Of a DNA stretch of 15,110 nucleotides, positions 6,487 through 14,190 are shown piece by piece. The translations under genes were made by a program, and so were the position numbers. A model generated the notes under the pieces. The model saw nothing but the letters and a program-made list of their open reading frames with translations, ran no database searches and was not told the DNA's origin. Position 1 is the stretch's first letter. Every line of letters begins with the position of its first letter. This DNA is from Bacteriovoracia bacterium. GTDB taxonomy: Bacteria > Bdellovibrionota > Bacteriovoracia > Bacteriovoracales > Bacteriovoracaceae. Location of the stretch: positions 1 through 15,110 of the forward strand of contig JBKHVI010000061.1 of assembly GCA_046570105.1 (NCBI GenBank), read 5' to 3'.

Positions 6487-7341
6487 CTACTGATTAATCT
6501 GAGTAACATCTTGCGATTCACAAAAAATCTTTCGCTCTGATGCATTTACCATCCGCATATCTTCGGGGCCGGACTCACCATGAAAGTTCTTCATCGCTTG
6601 CATATGTGCCTGGATACGCTCTTTAGTATTTAAAAACTCGAACTCGAGTTCCTTTCGAATTTCAATTCCTTTATCAAGACCAGCAATCCACTTCAAGCAA
6701 GCGCTAGCACGTAATATTTTGTGAGTAGTTAGAATACTAGCGGGAGGATTAGATGCATTTTTCATTCTATCACTAAGTGCTCTCGCATTTTGTTTTAAAC
6801 CTTTCAACAAACTCGGTTGTTCAGCAAACCTTTCATTAATCCAAATCTCAATATCATCACGTACACCATCGTTATCTGAATCAATTCCTAGCAAAGTTTC
6901 TTTCCCCGCTTCCCCCGGATGCGGAGGCTGAGGATCACCATCAACAATGATCTGTTGGGTTTTGACTTCGAAATGAGCTTTGCCGAATGCGAGGGGGGGA
7001 GTTTTTTTCCAGAACTCCCAGATTTTGCGATTGTCGTTTTTTGTGTAGACCAAAATTTCGTACTTATCGACGGGATAATCGCGCGTAGGGAGTTTCAATA
7101 AAATTTGATCGCCACTCTTTTCTACTGGATAGTCCTTGATGCGTTCGCGAAAAGGCGGCTTGATTTGGTTTTTGATACGCGCGTTCACATCAACAAATGC
7201 CAAGCCTTTGGGCGGCTCAAGTTTGAAAATGATCGCCGCTTCACTCACTGGTGAATTAAGTGGGATGACTTTCATCTTAAGGTGATTGCCGGTAGCAAAG
7301 GCGCTGGTACATATCAGCAAAGAAAGAGTAACGAACTTCAT
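6487..7341 (-). CDS. Secreted hypothetical protein with a C-terminal PP.PG...TLLGIDSDNDGVRDD domain (putative Ca2+-binding DxDxDG loop)
   Basis: Signal peptide MKFVTLSLLICTSAFA from ATG 7341 (284 aa), preferred over the track's 7389 start. DSDNDG fits the Dx[DN]xDG motif. Confidence 0.75.
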   Translation of the reverse strand: MKFVTLSLLICTSAFATGNHLKMKVIPLNSPVSEAAIIFKLEPPKGLAFVDVNARIKNQIKPPFRERIKDYPVEKSGDQILLKLPTRDYPVDKYEILVYTKNDNRKIWEFWKKTPPLAFGKAHFEVKTQQIIVDGDPQPPHPGEAGKETLLGIDSDNDGVRDDIEIWINERFAEQPSLLKGLKQNARALSDRMKNASNPPASILTTHKILRASACLKWIAGLDKGIEIRKELEFEFLNTKERIQAHMQAMKNFHGESGPEDMRMVNASERKIFCESQDVTQINQ

Positions 7342-7521
7342 GCTTACCGCCGATATTAAACAAGGATATGCCTGTGAACCTAAGATCATTAAGACAAATG
7401 ATCCCGTATCATAAGTATAGAATTACAAATATTGTAAAAATAGATTATTGAAATGCGAAATCTTTTATTCCTAGCGCTACCTAAATTATGGTGATCAATA
7501 GATCAGAAATTTGGGTCCAGT

Positions 7522-9048
7522 CTAACGAAACTGACTGATTCCACCCGGAAGCTCTAAAAGTTCTCTGAGTTTTTCAAACTGTCCCGCGGGAATCAGTTTG
7601 CCGTCATGAAAAAGTTTTTGAATCTCGAGACGGTTATCGAATACTTTCCAGGCGACTTGATCGGGGCCGATGGTGTAGCGGCCAAAACTACGTTCGGTGG
7701 GCCACTCTTCTTGATCGTAAACCATGTAGATGAGTTCAGAACACACCAGCTCACGTTGGGTTTCGACATCGAAATTAAAATCATAAGGCTTACCGTACTG
7801 CGCGAGAGCTTGCAGAATCATTTCACCGTTTTGTGAAATGTTGGGTGAGCGCAAAATCAAGAGATCATCAATATCCATGAAATGCTCAATCGTATTGAGC
7901 GTCACTCCTGGCAAGCGCAGTGCTTCGAGGACGAGCTTGTTTTCTGTCAAAAGCGGCATGAGCTTCTGAACTAACGGATGAATGATAAGGGGGATCTGTT
8001 TTCCTTCATGCATGACGGGCCATGAACCCCATTGTTCCGGAGTCCCAAGCCAAAGAGCCACATGGCCATAGAAGCCAGGGATAAAATAATCCGTCAGGCG
8101 GAAAGGTGTTTTCTCGAGCAGAATATCCAGCGGCTTTAATTCATTTTTGAGAGCGGTCATGGTGGCCGGATCAGAGGCCATGGGTTTGAGTTTTCCTGAG
8201 CGAGTCTGCACGCGACCGGCGGTATTTCCAAAGATCTGACTTAAGCGGCCCATCAAACGATTCAGGCGTTCCGTAAAGCGCGTGCGCTCTAAATCACGCG
8301 CCATCTTAATCGCTTGTTTCATAAATGTTTCGTGATCGCGCTCACGCATGCGGGCGGCAGTGAAAGATTGCTTTAAGTAATTTTCAAAATAACTCTCTTC
8401 ACGCGAAAGCGAGCGGCCGGTGCGTAGAGTTTCTTCTGTCGATAAATAGGTGAGGGTATGAAGAGTGCCATCCCAGATTTCACGCTGCATGGCTGGGCCA
8501 TAGGTCTTTTGTAAAAGTGAGCCTTCGGGAAGATCAAATTCCATCACACGACGCAAGCGCGGTGTTTCGCTTAACGCTTGAGCGATGCGGAAAAATTGAT
8601 CAAACAGCATGACCCTAAAGCTGGTGACGAGACGGGCATGGTGAGTGAAAGCTTGAGCATCATAGGAGTAAGGAGCATAGGTGACTTGCCAATAATACTC
8701 GCGCGAAAAACCGCGCCACCGGTAGGCCTCGGTGAGTGAGAAGTTCTCACCCGAAGTGACTTCAATCTTGCGATTTTTGAGCTGATCAATCGCCGGTAGC
8801 ATGACATCAAAAGCTTCTGCCCTCCAAGCTTCCATCCCACGCATCATCGTTTTGAGTTGATCCATTTCGCGCGCAGTAAGCGGACGCTGACATTCTTCGG
8901 TGATTTGATGGGGTGGGCATGAACGAGATTGCACAAACTTCAAAAGCGATTCTTGGGTTTTAAGCCCCTGCTCAAAGAGGGTGATAAAATCTGCCGCCTG
9001 GACTGAAAAAGATAGGAATAGAATGGAGAGTGCAATGAGAGATGTCAT
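7522..9048 (-). CDS. Secreted protein with a C-terminal permuted papain-like NlpC/P60 domain (YiiX/YebB, peptidase C92-like)
   Basis: Signal peptide ending SVQA. LKPLDILLE...IPGFYGHVALW (His) precedes GKPYDFNFD....LVCSELI (Cys), the permuted order. GAGG SD upstream. Confidence 0.85.
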   Translation of the reverse strand: MTSLIALSILFLSFSVQAADFITLFEQGLKTQESLLKFVQSRSCPPHQITEECQRPLTAREMDQLKTMMRGMEAWRAEAFDVMLPAIDQLKNRKIEVTSGENFSLTEAYRWRGFSREYYWQVTYAPYSYDAQAFTHHARLVTSFRVMLFDQFFRIAQALSETPRLRRVMEFDLPEGSLLQKTYGPAMQREIWDGTLHTLTYLSTEETLRTGRSLSREESYFENYLKQSFTAARMRERDHETFMKQAIKMARDLERTRFTERLNRLMGRLSQIFGNTAGRVQTRSGKLKPMASDPATMTALKNELKPLDILLEKTPFRLTDYFIPGFYGHVALWLGTPEQWGSWPVMHEGKQIPLIIHPLVQKLMPLLTENKLVLEALRLPGVTLNTIEHFMDIDDLLILRSPNISQNGEMILQALAQYGKPYDFNFDVETQRELVCSELIYMVYDQEEWPTERSFGRYTIGPDQVAWKVFDNRLEIQKLFHDGKLIPAGQFEKLRELLELPGGISQFR

Positions 9049-9061
9049 CCGTGACCTCGTC

Positions 9062-9859
9062 TTACCAAGTAAAGTTATATGTCATCACCAGAGTCATAGC
9101 GGCACCACGAAGATCATCAAAGCCATTGGTGCTAGCGGGCTTACCCGCTTCTGGAGTTGGGTTTTGACGATAGTCTTGCGTGAACTTATCAAAGAAATTC
9201 ACTTGATGATAAAGCAGTTCCACACTGACATAGCTGACTTTCAATTCAATCGGAAACTCTAGGCCCACGCCGGTGCCAATACCTAAACCGCCGCCCTCTT
9301 GATCACCGATGGTCGGGTTATCGATAAATTTGTTGGTTTGATACCAGTACTCGAGGCGCGCGATGAAATGCGGATTGGAGTAAGTAATGGCGGTGCCAAG
9401 ATCAGTGGTATCGACATAATAACGAAAGCCCACAAAAGGTCTCAGGAAACTGGTTTCAATGGCACCAATGGTTTCGTCAGTGTAAACGGCGGTACTAGAA
9501 TCCAGGAACATGGTGTGCTTGGAGTACTCTAAACCTAAAGTCAGGGCCGCACGGAAATCCAAGAAAAAGGCGACAGATAAGTGAAAGGTCGGATGATTAT
9601 CTTCATAGGCTCGTCCACGGTTTCCAGTGAAGGTGGTCAAACCGAGTCCCACCATCGCTTGGAAAAAGCGTCCATAACGATAGAAGCGCTCGTCTTCTAA
9701 AACTTGGGTGGCTTCCAAATCTTCGTTGAAGTCATTAAAGATATCGCCTTCAATGGTGAGATCATCATCCATCATGTCATCAGGCGCATCTTGTTGCGCC
9801 AACAAAGCTTGCGGCATGAGGAGAGTGAGCGCGAGAATTACGCGCAAAAGTGTCATCAT
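9062..9859 (-). CDS. Outer-membrane beta-barrel protein with an acidic N-terminal extension
   Basis: Signal peptide ending ALLA, a D/E-rich segment, alternating amphipathic strands (GLGLTTF, PFVGFRYY, GVGLEFPI), and a C-terminal beta-signal TYNFTW. Confidence 0.8.
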   Translation of the reverse strand: MMTLLRVILALTLLMPQALLAQQDAPDDMMDDDLTIEGDIFNDFNEDLEATQVLEDERFYRYGRFFQAMVGLGLTTFTGNRGRAYEDNHPTFHLSVAFFLDFRAALTLGLEYSKHTMFLDSSTAVYTDETIGAIETSFLRPFVGFRYYVDTTDLGTAITYSNPHFIARLEYWYQTNKFIDNPTIGDQEGGGLGIGTGVGLEFPIELKVSYVSVELLYHQVNFFDKFTQDYRQNPTPEAGKPASTNGFDDLRGAAMTLVMTYNFTW

Positions 9860-10338
9860 AAGTAGAAGTGAACCGCAGCTTTCAAGAAATTATTTCCTAA
9901 GGTTTCAAAGCGGCGACCAAGTGGACCTTTGTTGTAAGAGACACCAAATTCAAAACTAAAACCGATGCTCTCGATTCCTTCTAGGTGGAACTCTGTCCCC
10001 AGCGTCCCATCAAACTGATATCCAGATTTGGCCTTTTCGTTTTCCTCATAGGCCAAAGTCGCCAAGGTGCCTGACATGAAAAAATTAAGTCGTTCTTCTT
10101 CAAAGATGACGCGGTAAATCTTGAGCCCCGCTCCATAAGTCGTGGCATCTTCACCTGAGCGGAAACCTAATAGGCCTCCCATAGCGAAATAGCGATTTTG
10201 TTGAATCTTGAGCGAGAGAGCAGGGATGTCATTCACCAACTGATTGGAGAGACCTACACCCATGCGGCCGGTTTTATTTATCCCCCAAGCAGCGTGAGAG
10301 AAAACTAGCAACAGAGCAAGCAGGTATTGTGACTTCAT
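9856..10338 (-). CDS. Small (about 8-stranded) outer-membrane beta-barrel protein
   Basis: Signal peptide ending AAWG, Gly/aromatic alternating strands (YGAGLKIY, GTLGTEFH, GFSFEFGVSY), and C-terminal AAVHFYL. ATGA overlap with the next gene. Confidence 0.8.
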   Translation of the reverse strand: MKSQYLLALLLVFSHAAWGINKTGRMGVGLSNQLVNDIPALSLKIQQNRYFAMGGLLGFRSGEDATTYGAGLKIYRVIFEEERLNFFMSGTLATLAYEENEKAKSGYQFDGTLGTEFHLEGIESIGFSFEFGVSYNKGPLGRRFETLGNNFLKAAVHFYL

Positions 10339-10344
10339 GATTAA

Positions 10345-10373
10345 AGTCTAGGGAATCTTTTGATCTTTGACAA
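10345..10373 (-). promoter_or_regulatory. Putative sigma70 promoter of the OMP operon (leaderless)
   Basis: On minus: TTGTCA (10373-10368), 17 nt, TAGACT (10350-10345), 6 nt, ATG (10338). No SD. Confidence 0.7.
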
Positions 10374-10396
10374 CGCTAAGGCTTGCGCCCTAAACT
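10367..10396 (+). promoter_or_regulatory. Putative sigma70 promoter of the yfgM-like/bamB-like pair
   Basis: TTGACA (10367-10372), 18 nt, TAAACT (10391-10396). Confidence 0.65.
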
Positions 10397-10431
10397 TTCA
10401 TTCGCACAAAGACAGAAGCAAAGGAATGATC

Positions 10432-11118
10432 ATGGCCGAAACGACTCTGCCGCAAGAAACAACTCAAACGTTGGAAGAATCACTCAATAAGACAGATTTT
10501 GGTCATTGGGTGTTCGAACATCGCAAAGCATTTATCGGGGCAATTCTAGCAACATTTGTCCTCGCCTCAGGATGGCTGTTGTATCGCCAATATGCATTCA
10601 AAGCGGCACGTGAGCTTTCAGGTGTTGTGCACCTTTTTGAGCAAAGTGCCCTCACAGAGCTGCGCTCAGGCAAAATGACCACGGCTGATTTCATGACAAA
10701 ATTTAATGCCCTTGATGCTGCTACTAAAGGCGCACCGGCCATGTTGCCTGTCGCCCTCGAAGCCGCCAATTTGATGAACGGAAAAAATGAAGTGACCGAA
10801 GCCGTGACTCTACTCGAAGGGGTCGTCACCAATCTTAAAACGACTTCACCTCTTTATGTCTTTGTAGTTCCTAGCTACAGCGCACTTTTAGAAAAAAATG
10901 GCAAAATCGCTGAAGCGACTAAAGCTTGGGATGATTATGTCGCAGGTGGACACAAGGTCATGCTTCCTAAGGCGTATTTAGAGTTGGGCCGTCTCAATAG
11001 CTTGCAAGGCAATAAAGACAAGGCCAAAACGAATTTTGATTATGTCGTCGCCAATTACCCTAATGATGAATTGGCGAAATTAGCTCGTCTTTATCTTCAG
11101 CAATTAACGACTCCGTAA
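10432..11118 (+). CDS. YfgM-like single-pass membrane TPR protein
   Basis: W..EHRK followed by one TM helix ending GWLLYRQY, then TPR-like helices (AYLELGRL...G.KDKAK..F..V...YP). Lies directly upstream of a bamB-like gene. SD AAGGA is 6 nt before ATG 10432. Confidence 0.75.
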   Translation: MAETTLPQETTQTLEESLNKTDFGHWVFEHRKAFIGAILATFVLASGWLLYRQYAFKAARELSGVVHLFEQSALTELRSGKMTTADFMTKFNALDAATKGAPAMLPVALEAANLMNGKNEVTEAVTLLEGVVTNLKTTSPLYVFVVPSYSALLEKNGKIAEATKAWDDYVAGGHKVMLPKAYLELGRLNSLQGNKDKAKTNFDYVVANYPNDELAKLARLYLQQLTTP

Positions 11119-12224
11119 TGCGTTTTTTTCTCGCTGTCGTTTTACTAGGTAGCTTGGGATGCGCCCGCTTGGAAAAGTGGGGCGTCAAGGCACCTGAGCG
11201 CGAGAAAAAATTCTTTCAAGTTCGCTGGGCCAAGAACTACGATTCACTCTATCTTCCTGGAAATTTACCACTCACTTATGGTGGAGTGACGACCAGTGAG
11301 GACATTCTTTATGTCGGCTCTCTCGATGGCCGTTTTCAGGCGGTAGATACAGAAAATGGTCGAGTCTTGTGGGAGTATAAAGAAACGAATCCCATCGCAG
11401 CTCCAAGCTTAGTTTTTGGTGAAGAAGTTTTCTACGGCACTCAAGCTGGTCGTTTAGTCGTTCGCCAACGTGTCAGCGGTGAACTTAAATACGCTATTGA
11501 TTTGGGCGCTCCGATTGAATCTGCGCCGGTTCATCATGCGGGCCGTTTAGTTGTTTATTTGCGTGGCCATCAGATTGTTTGCCTTGATGCTGCCACTGGA
11601 AAAATTATTTGGAACTATCGTCGTGCTGTACCGGTCACGGTGACTTTACAGCACACCACTCGTCCACTAATTATTGGTGATCGTGTGATCGTCGGATTCG
11701 CTGATGGCCATGCGGGCGCACTTTCTCTGCAAGAAGGAACTCTTCTGTGGGAACAAAAGCTGGTTGAGACACAAAAGTTTGTCGATATCGATCTTAATCC
11801 CATCCTGGTTGATGGCCTTATTGTGACCGGATCTCCCACGGGAGAACTCAAAGCGCTTGATAAAAATGATGGCAGCATCCGTCGTCAGTTTGCCACGCAA
11901 TCGCTTTCTCATCCTATCGTGCGTGGCCAGAGCTTGGTGGTGGGTAGTGTCCATGGAGAAATCACTTTCCTCGATTTCCAAGGCAAGATCATCAAACAGG
12001 CCAAAGTAACGAAATCTGCCATTAATCAATTGTGGTGGTGGAAGGATCATCTCGTGGCGGCCACCTTTGATGGCGAGCTGTTGGCGATTGATCCTTTGAG
12101 CTTCCAAGTGATCGGGAGCTTTGCTTTAGGGCATGATCAATCGGCGATCTTTGGTGATTCGGCCGAGGCCGGATCGGGCCTAGGTGTCTTAACCTCACGG
12201 AATCGCTTGTTTTACTTCGAGTAA
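11118..12224 (+). CDS. PQQ-like beta-propeller lipoprotein, BamB-like
   Basis: Lipobox SLGC and repeated A(L/V)D..tG...W propeller motifs. TAATG coupling to the yfgM-like gene mirrors yfgM-bamB synteny. Confidence 0.85.
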   Translation: MRFFLAVVLLGSLGCARLEKWGVKAPEREKKFFQVRWAKNYDSLYLPGNLPLTYGGVTTSEDILYVGSLDGRFQAVDTENGRVLWEYKETNPIAAPSLVFGEEVFYGTQAGRLVVRQRVSGELKYAIDLGAPIESAPVHHAGRLVVYLRGHQIVCLDAATGKIIWNYRRAVPVTVTLQHTTRPLIIGDRVIVGFADGHAGALSLQEGTLLWEQKLVETQKFVDIDLNPILVDGLIVTGSPTGELKALDKNDGSIRRQFATQSLSHPIVRGQSLVVGSVHGEITFLDFQGKIIKQAKVTKSAINQLWWWKDHLVAATFDGELLAIDPLSFQVIGSFALGHDQSAIFGDSAEAGSGLGVLTSRNRLFYFE

Positions 12225-12281
12225 TCTACTCGGAATTGATCTAACAAATCATATCATTATTTCAGAACTCTTAAGCTTTCC

Positions 12282-12309
12282 TTGCGAACAGTCTAGGCTT
12301 TGATATGGT
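12282..12309 (+). promoter_or_regulatory. Putative sigma70 promoter of the carboxypeptidase
   Basis: TTGCGA, 16 nt ending TGA, TATGGT. SD AAGGA lies downstream before ATG 12334. Confidence 0.4.
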
Positions 12310-12333
12310 CGATCACCCACAAGGAAATTCATT

Positions 12334-13641
12334 ATGATGAAACTGGCCTTAGGCTTAAGTTTGTTAACCTCCATGAACATCATGGCGGCCGAAATTCATG
12401 AAGAACTCTTTGTTGTGGGTTACGACCAGGCCCTCGTCCAAGAACTTGCCAGCAATCGCGATATCACTATTGACCACATTCATACAGATGAAGGCTTTGA
12501 GGTTTACGGACCTGCTGGGCTTTCAACTTACTTAGAAGAGCGTGGAATCTTGTTCTATGATTTAAAAGAATCACGCAAGCACGTGGATTGGACGAGCTAT
12601 CCCAGCTATGAACAGATCCAGGCGAAACTCAAAGAGTTGGCCCAAAAATTCCCCAACATCACTCGTCTCGAGAGCATTGGTAAGAGTGTGAAGGGCCGTG
12701 ATCTGTGGGTCATGAAGATTTCTGATAATCCGAATCTCGATGAGATCGAACCGGAGTTTAAGTACATCTCAAGTATGCACGGGGATGAAATCACCGGCCG
12801 TGAACTCACCATTCGTTTTATTGACGAGATTCTAGAGAAGTATGGCAAAGACGAGCGTATTACAAAGCTCATCAATAATACTGAACTCTATGTCATGCCA
12901 TCTATGAACCCAGATGGTTCTGAACTTCGTCAGCGTGCCAATGCTAACTACGTTGATTTGAATCGCAATTTCCCTGAAGCCGTTCGTAATGATCCGAATA
13001 ACCAAGATGGCCGCCAACCTGAAACCAAGGCGATCATGAGTTTTCAGGCCGCTCGTAACTTTGCTCTTTCGGCCAATTTCCACGGTGGCGCTGTCGTCGC
13101 CAATTACCCGTGGGATGCGCGCTATGATCGTCACCCGTTAGATAGTTTGGTTTATGATCTCTCGCTCGAGTACTCAAAACTCAACCCTGAAATGATCTCA
13201 TCACGTCAATTTACCAATGGTGTGACCAACGGTGCTCAGTGGTATGTGCTCTACGGTGGAATGCAGGATTGGAGTTATGTTTGGCATAACGATTTGCAGA
13301 TCACCATTGAGCTTTCTGATTCGAAATGGCCTAACTACAGTATGATGCCGCAGTTCTATAAGGATAATCGTCTTTCGATGTTGAAATACGCGGAGCTGGT
13401 CCATCAAGGTACGGGCGTGAAGTTTGCGGACCGCTCGGTACAAGGCAAAGTAGAAGTACTCAATGCCGCAGGCCAATCACTTGGCACTTATGGCTTTCAG
13501 CGTGGCGAGTTCTTCAAAGTTCTCTCTCCTGGACGCTATACACTTGCTGTGGAAGCGACTGTGCGCGGTCAGCGCATCACTAAGCGGGTAGAAGTGGATG
13601 TGAATACTGATGTTAAAGAGCAGGCGTTTGTTGAGCTCTAG
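12334..13641 (+). CDS. Secreted M14 zinc carboxypeptidase, CPD/CPE (M14B)-like
   Basis: Signal peptide; EPEFKYISSMHGDE (HxxE), R.NAN.VDLNRNFP, SANFHGGAVVANYPWD, GVTNGAQWY...GGMQDWSY and ITIELS (catalytic Glu); C-terminal beta domain (PGRYTL.V). Confidence 0.93.
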   Translation: MMKLALGLSLLTSMNIMAAEIHEELFVVGYDQALVQELASNRDITIDHIHTDEGFEVYGPAGLSTYLEERGILFYDLKESRKHVDWTSYPSYEQIQAKLKELAQKFPNITRLESIGKSVKGRDLWVMKISDNPNLDEIEPEFKYISSMHGDEITGRELTIRFIDEILEKYGKDERITKLINNTELYVMPSMNPDGSELRQRANANYVDLNRNFPEAVRNDPNNQDGRQPETKAIMSFQAARNFALSANFHGGAVVANYPWDARYDRHPLDSLVYDLSLEYSKLNPEMISSRQFTNGVTNGAQWYVLYGGMQDWSYVWHNDLQITIELSDSKWPNYSMMPQFYKDNRLSMLKYAELVHQGTGVKFADRSVQGKVEVLNAAGQSLGTYGFQRGEFFKVLSPGRYTLAVEATVRGQRITKRVEVDVNTDVKEQAFVEL

Positions 13642-14096
13642 GCCTTTCTCGCCTTCATCACAATTTTTTTAAACTGCGATGCCTCGACGGGAATGACCGA
13701 GAGGCGATTGCCTTTGCGCAAAAGAGCGAGGCCTTCGAGTTCGGGCATGTTCTTCATTTCATCAAGAGTCAGTACGCGGGGAAATTTTTCTACAAAGCCC
13801 ACATCAACGAGACTCCAGCGAGGATCTTCTTTCTTTGATGCCGGTTCAAAATACTCGGACTTTGGGTCAAATTGAGTGGGGTCTGGATAGGCCTCTTTTA
13901 AGACTTCCATAACACCTACTACGCCGATTTCATCTGCGTTTGAATGGTAGAAGAGGATCTGGTCACCAGACTTCATTTCACGCATGAAATTGCGGGCCTG
14001 GTAGTTTCTGACGCCGTTCCAGGGTTCGCGCTTTTTGCGCTCGAGATCATCAATCGAAAAGACATCAGGTTCAGATTTCATCAGCCAGTACTTCAT
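13638..14096 (-). CDS. EVE domain protein (THYN1-like, PUA/ASCH fold)
   Basis: YWLMKSEPDVFSIDDL, W.GVRNYQARNFMR.M..GD...FYHS, YPDPTQFD, RLSV.PV. 4-nt stop-stop overlap with the carboxypeptidase. Confidence 0.95.
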   Translation of the reverse strand: MKYWLMKSEPDVFSIDDLERKKREPWNGVRNYQARNFMREMKSGDQILFYHSNADEIGVVGVMEVLKEAYPDPTQFDPKSEYFEPASKKEDPRWSLVDVGFVEKFPRVLTLDEMKNMPELEGLALLRKGNRLSVIPVEASQFKKIVMKARKA

Positions 14097-14102
14097 CTTT
14101 TT

Positions 14103-14131
14103 ATAGTGAACTGAGCCTCTCAGGTAATCAA
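14103..14131 (-). promoter_or_regulatory. Putative sigma70 promoter of the EVE gene (leaderless)
   Basis: On minus: TTGATT (14131-14126), 17 nt, CACTAT (14108-14103), 6 nt, ATG (14096). No SD. Confidence 0.45.
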
Positions 14132-14190
14132 GATTTCTTTGCGTCCGACCGACAAAAATCTAAGGCAGTGAACTCCAAGGATGGTGGCGC

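Noticed and set aside
6993..7008. G7 and T7 homopolymers as a phase-variation tract
   Set aside because: The runs are short, the frame is intact, and they are explained by Lys-Lys-Thr-Pro-Pro codons.
13638..14096. EVE protein as part of a modification-dependent restriction or defence system
   Set aside because: Stand-alone THYN1-like EVE with no fused or adjacent nuclease or toxin. This form is widespread.
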